Below are positions 1 to 7,800 of a stretch of 34,188 bases of DNA, piece after piece (positions within the stretch are counted from its first letter, which is position 1; every line of letters starts with the position of its first letter). The translations under genes were made by a program, and so were the position numbers. The DNA is from a virus. Lineage: Duplodnaviria > Caudoviricetes. The stretch lies in the IMG/VR virus record IMGVR_UViG_3300032270_000518, positions 1 through 34,188 of that record. The stretch is one strand, 5' to 3'. The notes beneath the pieces were generated by a model. That model was not told where the DNA came from and searched no databases. It saw nothing but the letters and a program-made list of their open reading frames with translations.

Positions 1-2
1 AA

Positions 3-770
3 CAACGCAACATCTACTACAAGCAGGTGTGCGAGTCGTGCGGATTGAACCCGTTGACGAGGCCGTTCGAGTTCATCACGCTCAACGGCAAGCTGACGCT
101 CTACGCTCGCAAGGACTGCACCGACCAGCTTCGGAAAATCCACACCGTCAGCGTCCGAATCATCGACCGCAGCGTTATGGATGACCTCATGGTGGTCACC
201 GCCGAGGCGACCGACAAGACCGGACGTTGCGACTCAAGCATTGGAGCCGTCAGCATCGCCAATCTCCGTGGTGAGGCCAAGGCCAATGCCCTGATGAAAG
301 CCGAAACCAAGGCGCGTCGGCGCGTCACCCTGTCGATCTGTGGCCTTGGGTTCACCGATGAGAGCGAACTTGAATCGATCCCGAATGCACGACCGCAAAT
401 CGAATCTGCGCCCACGTTTCGACCATCGGACATGATTGTGCAGCAGCGTGAACTCCCACCAGCAGCTTCTCCCGTTGTCGTTGCTGCGCCCGTCGCTACC
501 CCTGCGGCTGCGCCGGAGAGCGACCCTGTCGAGGACGGCGCGAGCGGATACACAATCATCGATGTGGCCGACATTGCCGAACACAAGAACCGTGCGGGTG
601 TTCCGGTGTGGAAGGTGACTTCCGCAGGTGGACAATCCTACGCCTGTTCCGATGCCACGATTGTCAGCGATCTGTCCGACGCTCGTGCGCAGGATCGACC
701 TGTGCGTATCGAATGGCAACGTCGCCGTGACCGCCTGCTCATCCTCGACGCGAAGGTGGTGGCGGAATGA
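3..770 (+). CDS. RecT/Bet-like ssDNA-annealing protein, 5'-truncated by the window edge
   Basis: Frame is open from base 3 (QRNIYYKQVCES...). GLNPLTRPF...LYARKD and NALMKAETKARRRVTLSICGLG resemble the RecT/Redbeta core. A Pro/Ala linker and a small beta-rich C-terminal domain follow. Confidence 0.7.
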   Translation, partial: QRNIYYKQVCESCGLNPLTRPFEFITLNGKLTLYARKDCTDQLRKIHTVSVRIIDRSVMDDLMVVTAEATDKTGRCDSSIGAVSIANLRGEAKANALMKAETKARRRVTLSICGLGFTDESELESIPNARPQIESAPTFRPSDMIVQQRELPPAASPVVVAAPVATPAAAPESDPVEDGASGYTIIDVADIAEHKNRAGVPVWKVTSAGGQSYACSDATIVSDLSDARAQDRPVRIEWQRRRDRLLILDAKVVAE

Positions 771-1168
771 GAAAGACTGAACGCCTTTCCACGCGGCAAA
801 CGACATCCGATGAATCATTCGCTCGCACTCCTACGGGGGTGCGAGCGAAGATTCTCGAGGAGATCAAGCACTACCCTCGCAGCGTCGATGAATTGATGCG
901 CGATCTTGAATTGTCGCACTCGACGTGTTCGTCAGCGGTCAACCACCTGATGCGCCAAGGATTCATCGCGAATCTCGGTGTCACATCGATCACGAGTGCA
1001 GGTCGCAGGTGCATCGTCTGGGAGGCCGTCGAAGATCCGCCGAAGCCAATCACCGCACCAACCCGCCGCGATTTAGAGCAGCGAATCTCGTCTGCCATCG
1101 CAGCCATCAACGCACAATTACCCCGTGAAACAATCCTCGCGATCCTTACTGGAGCAAGCCATGTCTGA
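767..1168 (+). CDS. winged helix-turn-helix DNA-binding protein
   Basis: KILEEIKHYPRSVDELMRDLELSHSTCSSAVNHLMRQGFI fits a wHTH pattern; ATGA overlap with the upstream gene. Confidence 0.7.
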   Translation: MRKTERLSTRQTTSDESFARTPTGVRAKILEEIKHYPRSVDELMRDLELSHSTCSSAVNHLMRQGFIANLGVTSITSAGRRCIVWEAVEDPPKPITAPTRRDLEQRISSAIAAINAQLPRETILAILTGASHV

Positions 1169-1277
1169 TCTCGTCTCGTGCCTCATCTTCGTTTGGTATC
1201 TCTTCATGTTCATCGGTGTGATCATGTTGGAGTATCGACTCTCGCGCATTCAACGCCTGTTGGAGCAGCGCAAATGA
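1161..1277 (+). CDS. small single-TM membrane protein (38 aa; not in ORF track)
   Basis: Hand translation MSDLVSCLIFVWYLFMFIGVIMLEYRLSRIQRLLEQRK; GGAG at 1151; overlaps both neighbours. Confidence 0.6.
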   Translation: MSDLVSCLIFVWYLFMFIGVIMLEYRLSRIQRLLEQRK

Positions 1278-1456
1278 CTGTGGTGAAACCAAAGGGCGAT
1301 CACCCGTGGCACGGAAAGATCCGAACCGATGTCGATACCGCTCGCATTCGAGCGCGAATCGCCGGATTGAAGGATCGAATCCGTGAACTACAAAACGAAC
1401 TCAAAGAATTGCAACGGAGCCTACCCCGTGATGCCGGAAACAAACGACAGCCATGA
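1274..1456 (+). CDS. small coiled-coil hypothetical protein (60 aa)
   Basis: ATG at 1274 lies in an ATGA overlap, downstream of the track start 1178, with GGAG upstream. Heptad-like IAGLKDRIRELQNELKELQRSL. Confidence 0.6.
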   Translation: MTVVKPKGDHPWHGKIRTDVDTARIRARIAGLKDRIRELQNELKELQRSLPRDAGNKRQP

Positions 1457-1559
1457 CCGTCAGCTTGATGCAATCACCATTGCATGTGTGATCGGATTAG
1501 GAGTGTTCTTCTTTGCGATCGGATTTCTCATTGGCAGTTTGATTGGTGGTTTCCTTTGA
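1431..1559 (+). CDS. small membrane protein (42 aa; not in ORF track)
   Basis: Hand translation MPETNDSHDRQLDAITIACVIGLGVFFFAIGFLIGSLIGGFL; GGAG at about 1416; fills the gap between neighbours. Confidence 0.55.
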   Translation: MPETNDSHDRQLDAITIACVIGLGVFFFAIGFLIGSLIGGFL

Positions 1560-1768
1560 GTGACATTGAAAACACCATTCGAGATGCTCGTGCGATACCC
1601 AGAGGAATTGGTGGGTACTACTACGAAATTATGCACAAACTCATTGCAGAGGTGGAACGTCTTCACGCTGGGCTCCACAACATCGCAGACAACGCGAACA
1701 ACGAGCCTTACGCTGCTGATTACGCTCGTGACCTCTTGAAGGGAGAAGTTGATGCCAACAAACCCTAG
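1556..1768 (+). CDS. hypothetical protein
   Basis: Probable TTG start in a TTGA overlap (MSDIENTIRDARAIP...LIAEVERLH), typical of small phage proteins. Confidence 0.55.
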   Translation: MSDIENTIRDARAIPRGIGGYYYEIMHKLIAEVERLHAGLHNIADNANNEPYAADYARDLLKGEVDANKP

Positions 1769-2072
1769 TGCAAGGCGCGTCGTGGATACGGTGAATGAAT
1801 TGCTGCCCGATCCACCCGTAAAGAGAAAGAATGCGATCAAACTTCGCAAGCACCGCGAAATGATCATGTCCGGTTGCGCGTGGGAAATGCCCGTCATTCG
1901 GCCATCGTTCCCTGAAATTGGCGCGGCCATCGGTATCTCACACACGACCGTGATGATTCACGTCAAAGACTGGCAAGCCATGCCGTGGCAGGATCGGTAT
2001 GGGTGGCTTCGCCTAGTAGAGGGGAGAATCGCTAGTGAATCGCAGTCCTTGGATGCCGTTCTATGTGGATGA
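1752..2072 (+). CDS. HTH protein resembling the DnaA C-terminal (domain IV) DNA-binding domain
   Basis: PSFPEIGAAIGISHTTVMIHVK parallels the DnaA domain IV signature SLPEIG...DHTTV. Confidence 0.55.
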   Translation: MPTNPSARRVVDTVNELLPDPPVKRKNAIKLRKHREMIMSGCAWEMPVIRPSFPEIGAAIGISHTTVMIHVKDWQAMPWQDRYGWLRLVEGRIASESQSLDAVLCG

Positions 2073-2580
2073 CTTCATCGCGTCTACGACAGACATGAGT
2101 TGTGATGAGGTTGGAGCCTACACGCGCCTGCTGTGCCACTTGTGGTCGCGTGGCCCTCTGCCGATGGATGACAAGGTAATTTGCAGAATTGCAGCCTGTC
2201 GATTAGCGGTCTGGCGATCCATCAGAACTAGGTTCTCACCCGTCACTAGAGACGATGGAACACCTGGGTTGTCACAGACGAGACTCGAAGCAGAAAGGTT
2301 TCGCAGACAAACACTTATGAATGAACGAGCGGAAGCAGGGCGGCGAGGCGCAGCTTCTCGTTGGAATAGCAAAGCCAATGGCAAAGCCATAGGCAAATCG
2401 AAGGCATTCCACAACCACAACCAAAATAGTAATACATCAAACGTAGTTATCACGAGGAGCGAGAGCGAGGCTGCGCCAACACCGCCAGCGGTTGGCTTGC
2501 CTCGCATCGCATCAATCGAAGACGCAGACGATGCGACTTCCCGCAACCGCGCTGCTATCCGCGCATGGAGAACCAAATGA
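2035..2580 (+). CDS. DUF1376/YdaU-family putative phage replication initiator
   Basis: N-terminus PWMPFYVDDFIASTTDMSCDEVGAYTRLLCHLW and AGRRGAASRW are characteristic; GGGGAG precedes the GTG start. Confidence 0.75.
   Translation: MNRSPWMPFYVDDFIASTTDMSCDEVGAYTRLLCHLWSRGPLPMDDKVICRIAACRLAVWRSIRTRFSPVTRDDGTPGLSQTRLEAERFRRQTLMNERAEAGRRGAASRWNSKANGKAIGKSKAFHNHNQNSNTSNVVITRSESEAAPTPPAVGLPRIASIEDADDATSRNRAAIRAWRTK
2367..2450 (+). repeat. iteron-like ~12-bp imperfect tandem repeats plus A/C- and AT-rich tract (putative origin)
   Basis: tagcaaagccaa / tggcaaagccat / aggcaaatcga / aggca, then acaaccacaaccaaaatagtaatacatcaaa, all inside the initiator gene. Confidence 0.5.
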
Positions 2581-4022
2581 GATACCTGTCAGTTTGCTCG
2601 GGCATTGAGGCTGCGTCTGTTGCGTGGCATCACCTCGGCTGGAATCCTGTTGGCTTCTCTGAAATCGAACCCTTCCCCTGTTCTGTGCTGAAGCACCACT
2701 TCCCAGACGTTCCAAACTACGGAGATATGACCGCATATGAGCAATGGCCCATCGAACGAGGATCAATTGACCTTCTGGTTGGAGGAACGCCCTGCCAGTC
2801 ATTCTCCGTCGCCGGATTGCGTCAGGGACTCGCTGACCCACGGGGAAATCTCATGCTCACCTACCTTGGCATTGCTGCGCGGCTGCGTCCCAAGTGGATC
2901 GTCTGGGAAAACGTCCCTGGCGTCCTGTCAAGCGGACGAGGCAGGGATTTTGGAGCCTTCCTCGGGGCGTTGGGCCAACTCGGGTATGGGTGGGCCTACA
3001 GAGTGCTGGACGCTCAATACCTGCGAGTGGGGAACTGGCCCAAAGCCGTGCCGCAGCGTCGGAGACGTGTCTTCGTTGTCGGATGTCTTGGAGACTGGTC
3101 AGCTGCCGGCAAGGTTCTCGCTATCCGCGAGGGCTTGCAGCGGCATCTTGCGGAGAGCAGAACGAAGAGGCAAGCCGCTGCCGGAAGCCCTGCGGATGGC
3201 TCTCACGGCGGTTGCTGGTGGGATGGAGGAGACACCGCAGCAACCCTGACCAAGCAGAACGCAAACGGCGCACAGCGGATGCCGGACAAAGACAACCTTG
3301 GGGCGATCCTCACTCCCGCTATTCGTGCGTTGTGCGCCCGTGATTACAAGGGCGTTGGATCGCAGTACTTCGAGGACGGCAAAGTCATTGTGACTCCATA
3401 CCGCAAATCGAAACGCGCTCAAAGCGCAACAGATGACGAGTCGTGGGTCGAGGCTGAATGTGCGAACACCATCAACGCATTCGACACAGGCGAGAGAGAT
3501 ACCCACGCTGTAGCGTTTCAGCAGAATCAGGTTGGCGAGGTGCGCTGCAACGACATTGTTGGAACCGTTCCAACCAACAGCAACGCGAGCGGTAGGAACA
3601 CGCCGATGGTGGCACATGGTTTCTACACCACCGATGGAACCCACGGCGTGAATCAACACCCAGAGGTATCACCAACCGTCAAGGTTGGCAGCGCACTAGG
3701 CATTCCATCACCGCCAGCAGTCGCGTGTGTCAACATGCAGGGAAGCAAATCGAACTGCTGCGTATCAGAGGATGGTTCGTCATATTCTCTCGCAGCAATG
3801 CATGGACACGACGTTCACGCAGTTACACAGCACATGACCGTTCGCCGCCTGACCCCTCGCGAGTGCGAGCGGCTGCAAGGATTCCCCGACGATTGGACGC
3901 TAGTTCCGCATCGGGGCAAGCCTGCTGCTGACGGGCCTCGCTACAAGGCACTTGGCAACTCAATGGCCTGCAACTGCATGGCGTGGATTGGCGAGCAGAT
4001 ACACTCGTATACAAATTCATAG
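2577..4022 (+). CDS. DNA (cytosine-5)-methyltransferase with long variable region
   Basis: Motif I SVCSGIEA, IV GGTPCQSFS, VI WENVPG, VIII PQRRRRVF, IX RRLTPRECERLQGFPD, X YKALGNS. Start at ATG 2577 in an ATGA overlap. Confidence 0.95.
   Translation: MRYLSVCSGIEAASVAWHHLGWNPVGFSEIEPFPCSVLKHHFPDVPNYGDMTAYEQWPIERGSIDLLVGGTPCQSFSVAGLRQGLADPRGNLMLTYLGIAARLRPKWIVWENVPGVLSSGRGRDFGAFLGALGQLGYGWAYRVLDAQYLRVGNWPKAVPQRRRRVFVVGCLGDWSAAGKVLAIREGLQRHLAESRTKRQAAAGSPADGSHGGCWWDGGDTAATLTKQNANGAQRMPDKDNLGAILTPAIRALCARDYKGVGSQYFEDGKVIVTPYRKSKRAQSATDDESWVEAECANTINAFDTGERDTHAVAFQQNQVGEVRCNDIVGTVPTNSNASGRNTPMVAHGFYTTDGTHGVNQHPEVSPTVKVGSALGIPSPPAVACVNMQGSKSNCCVSEDGSSYSLAAMHGHDVHAVTQHMTVRRLTPRECERLQGFPDDWTLVPHRGKPAADGPRYKALGNSMACNCMAWIGEQIHSYTNS
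2737..3249 (+). CDS. nested +1-frame ORF inside the methyltransferase (M.EcoHK31I beta-subunit-like)
   Basis: 170-aa ORF wholly within the MTase; GGAG at 2721-2724. Ends in the protein-like block SLSDVLETGQLPARFSLSARACSGILRRAERRGKPLPEAL. Confidence 0.6.
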   Translation: MSNGPSNEDQLTFWLEERPASHSPSPDCVRDSLTHGEISCSPTLALLRGCVPSGSSGKTSLASCQADEAGILEPSSGRWANSGMGGPTECWTLNTCEWGTGPKPCRSVGDVSSLSDVLETGQLPARFSLSARACSGILRRAERRGKPLPEALRMALTAVAGGMEETPQQP

Positions 4023-4024
4023 CC

Positions 4025-4489
4025 ATGAATATCGTCGCCCTGCCTTGGCCTAATCGATACCTCTCCCCGAACGCGAGAGTACATCACATGGTCAAGAGCA
4101 AGGTATCGCGAGAACACAGGGCATTTGCAAAGGTTCTTGCGACAAGAGCAGAGTTCAAGACACTCAAAAATCCAGTGCTTTGCATTCAGCCGATTGTTGT
4201 GACACGTCACCGACGTGACATCGACAACGTCATTGCCGGATTGAAGGCATCTCTTGATGGTCTGACTGACGCGAATTGGTGGGACGATGATTCCAACATC
4301 TGCGGAATCACTATTCGCAAGCCACTCTACATTCGCGGTTGGAATGATGCGGAAATCATCATTGCCGCAGATGAATGGCACAACGAGTCGTACCTGCTCG
4401 CTCGCATGAAGAACTTTGCCACAGACGCGCAATCAAACCACGATGTGGCTTGGAATGCGCTGATTATGTTGAGGCCAACCAATGAATGA
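4025..4489 (+). CDS. RusA-like Holliday junction resolvase/endonuclease
   Basis: LPWP...LSPNAR and RRDIDNVIAGLKASLDGLTDANWWDDDS match the RusA D-x-D-N...K...D...DD catalytic pattern. Confidence 0.8.
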   Translation: MNIVALPWPNRYLSPNARVHHMVKSKVSREHRAFAKVLATRAEFKTLKNPVLCIQPIVVTRHRRDIDNVIAGLKASLDGLTDANWWDDDSNICGITIRKPLYIRGWNDAEIIIAADEWHNESYLLARMKNFATDAQSNHDVAWNALIMLRPTNE

Positions 4490-4775
4490 CTTTCCATGTA
4501 CGAAATGCGGTGCGTGTTGTCGCCGTGTTTCGTGGTCACCTATGACACGATTTCTTGCAGACGAGTCAGGTGCTTGCAAGCATCTTTCTAAAGACAACAC
4601 CTGTTCCATCTACGAGAATCGTCCTGACATCTGCCGTGTAGATCTCATGCTTGAACGCATGGGGTATGAACAAGCTGATGGTCACGCAGCCGTCGCTGCT
4701 TTATGCAACGAATGGATGCAAGACGATGGAATGACATCGTTTGTGCAGCTAACGGTAAATGAAACAGGCCGCTAA
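4482..4775 (+). CDS. YkgJ-family (CxxCxxCC) Zn/Fe-S cluster protein
   Basis: FPCTKCGACCR...CKHL...CSIYENRPDICR. Confidence 0.85.
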   Translation: MNDFPCTKCGACCRRVSWSPMTRFLADESGACKHLSKDNTCSIYENRPDICRVDLMLERMGYEQADGHAAVAALCNEWMQDDGMTSFVQLTVNETGR

Positions 4776-4786
4776 AGCGGCCTGTT
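4763..4786. terminator. hairpin at the end of the + arm (probable terminator)
   Basis: aacaggccgc-taaa-gcggcctgtt, a perfect 10-bp stem spanning the YkgJ stop; short U tracts on both strands. Confidence 0.65.
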
Positions 4787-4832
4787 CTGTCCCCAAAGCA
4801 AAGAAGCGGAATGCTGCGGGACATTCTCCCCT

Positions 4833-4870
4833 GAAACGCAAACGCCCCCGATCGGTTAGGGGCGTTCGCG
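4833..4870 (-). terminator. hairpin downstream of the giant gene (probable late-operon terminator)
   Basis: Minus strand cgcgaacgcccct-aaccgatc-gggggcgtttgcg followed by tttc; the stem closes with G-U pairs on this strand. Confidence 0.55.
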
Positions 4871-4888
4871 CTGGGGGAAAAGATGATG

Positions 4889-7800
4889 TCATTCTACGTC
4901 TGCGAGCCGATCTGTCAACTCATTCTTCTGCTTGATTGTTGCCTTCAGCATTTTTCGGCGCACCTCAAGAATCGCTTCGCGTTGTTCAGGTGTTGCCTGC
5001 TTCAAGACGTTTCTGATTTCCTTGAGGACTCGTTCACTTTCTTCCATGCTTCGGGCGAGTGCGTAATCGGTAGGTGTGATTTGGCTCGCGATAGCACGAC
5101 GCTCTTCGATGGGGCGAGACTCGTCCAACATGGCATCGATCTTGCGTCGGATAGGAGCAAGACGCTCCTGCTCCGTGTAGAAGGCTTGAGATACAGCTCT
5201 GCCGTCCTGCTTCGCGTCACCAACAAACGACCGCGCAAGTGGAACATCGGACACGCTGACAGCTTCATTCGACAGGAACGTCTTATAAAGACGGTCGAGT
5301 GTTCGACCTGTTCCAGAGAAGTAGTAGCCAGCCAAATACTGCAACGTGTTTGGTGACACGTCAACCATTCCACTTGTGAACTCATCTCCGCCTGTTGCGC
5401 TGTTTACGAACGTCGCAAGTTCCTGCCATGCAGCAGGCGTTCCGTCGAACGACATGGTGCTGTCCGGCGCGGAATGCTTCTCATAGGACTTCGGATAGAT
5501 CGACCTACCAGAGAAGTCTTGGTTCGCAAGCAATTCAATAGCAGGCCGCGTCATCGTCGGCATAGCCGCAGCAACGAGCGATGCTCCACCGCTCTTGATG
5601 CCTGACCCGCCCATTGGGTTGAACGCATTCAACGCATCATTGAGGCTTCCTGCAAGGACATCGCCTGCTGTAGTCCGCCCGAACATTGCATCAGCCATCC
5701 GTCCGCCAATGCTCACAAGTACGTTGAATCCGTATGGCAATGGAATCTTGATGTGCTTTCCTGTGCCGCGTGGATCGAAGAAGAACAGATTGCTCGTCTT
5801 CTCATATTCAGGGATGTTGTCCCAATTTTGTTGCCCTGTCTCCTCGTCATCGCCACCCATGAGACGAGCAAGCGCAGCGTTTGCGAAGCCAAGCATCAGC
5901 AGGCTCGGCGCGAGTGCTACTGATCGACCAAGAGCGCGTAGCACATTGACATTGCCCTGCAATCCTGCGTTGAGGAACATGTACCAAGTGTTCAGCACTG
6001 GCTTTGCCTTTCCGCCCTTGGCAAAGTCAACCGTCAAATCCCTAGCCGATAGAGCAGCCTCTTGTGGGCTACTGCCCGTGGCAATGCGCTGGCGGTAATT
6101 GGCAAGACGAACCGCTGTTTCCGATGCGGAGAAGAATGCCGGATACCACCCGAGCAACGTCCTTGCGATACCTCTATCTCGCGGATCCCGACGTTGAACA
6201 CGAGCAGCAAGAGCATCAAAATCGGTGCGCTTCACATCAAGATCATTCGGGCTCCAATACAACTGATCAGCACCAGCCCGAACGAATCGCCCGTAATCAC
6301 CTGTAGGTTCAGAACCATTCCACGAATCACGGAACACGTTGTAGAACGACGAAGGCCAACGCGACAACATCTGCGCGGTGTCGCGAATGCCGTTCGCAGA
6401 TGCATTGGTGAGAGATGCCGTCATCGAATCACGCACAAGGTTGACTGGCGCGAATGTCGGGTTACCCATACCCGTGGTCATAAACCGCCAACCGTTGTTC
6501 ACGAAGCGAAGAGCGCGTTCAAAGCTGCGCAACTCAAGCGTCGGCTGCGTCATTGCCTCTGCAAGGCGACGGTTGTTGATACGAATGACAACCAAATCGC
6601 CTGGCTCGTAGTCGTGACCATTGATGGTCATCGGGGTATTCGTGTAAACGCCGAAGTTGCGATCGTCATTCATCCACGCAGGGTCATGGGTAACACGAAC
6701 CTGATTGCCTGAAATAACTCTGCGTCGGGGCAGGACTACCTCTGCGACATTCCTATCTCCAAGAGTCATAACCAATTGGAGGAACGAACGGCCAATGTCA
6801 TTCTTGGCAGCGGCGCGGAACGAGTCCTCGTGTACGAATCCAATCTGCGACGTAACAGCTTCTGCCGCGCTCCTACGACCCATCGCCTGCGGGATTCCTG
6901 GGCCAGTAGTCGAGAGACTGCCACCTGCACCGGCAGCAAAGTCGAGGAAGTCCTCATCGTTCAATTGAGCAGGCGCACCGCGCAATGGAACGTAGTTCTT
7001 GTACCTCGTTTGCAGAATGTTTCGCGTCTGTGCGCTAATCAATCCTGACTGCTGTCGTTGATTCAAGCCTTCTTGCAGCAGGTTTCGCCACTCATCTGCG
7101 AAACCATTCATCATCGCGAACTGACCATTGTTGCGATATCGCTGAATCAGGTTGTTGGCATCAAGCGTTGCCATACCGGATCCAGCATCAGGGAACAATG
7201 GGTTGATCGAAGCGATGTATGTGTTGCGCTCTTCGGCGTGTTGCGCGTAGAGGAATTCATCCATGTCCTCAAGTCGAACGCCGGCAACATGCATTCGTCG
7301 GAGCAGATCCGCGTAGGTGCGCTCTGCCGCTGCTTGCATTGCTCCCAATCGGCCTGTCAGCAATCGTGCGCCGATGTATGGATTGGACACGGCAGGGATC
7401 GCTGCGCCTGTAGTGCGAGCCTGATCGACGTACCGTCGCAACTCGTCGTACTTGTCGATATACCGAAGCACACCCTCGTCGCGGACTCCTGCAAGCCCAC
7501 GACGCATCGACATCATTGCTTGGGTTTCATCGGCTGCCGGAGCGAGTTCTGGAGAAGTTGATTTAACGACTTCGCCAAGGCTTCTAGTTCCTGATCGCTC
7601 TTTGCTGCGATCCATTGATCGTGCTTCTCTTGTTCCTCTTGATCGGAGTTCGGCATCTGCAATTGCTCGTTCAAGTTGTTCATTCGTAATACCTTTTCGT
7701 AAAAGAGCCTTGGCTGTCGCACCTGCATAGTCCTGACTTGTCACAGTCAGCTTCACTCCAAGAGCCTTGTACAACTCTTGCTCTGGATACCAAATCAATG

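Noticed and set aside
2894-3343. Third-frame 149-aa ORF inside the methyltransferase
   Set aside because: Arg/Trp/Cys-rich, random-looking sequence with no conserved-looking block, unlike 2737-3249.
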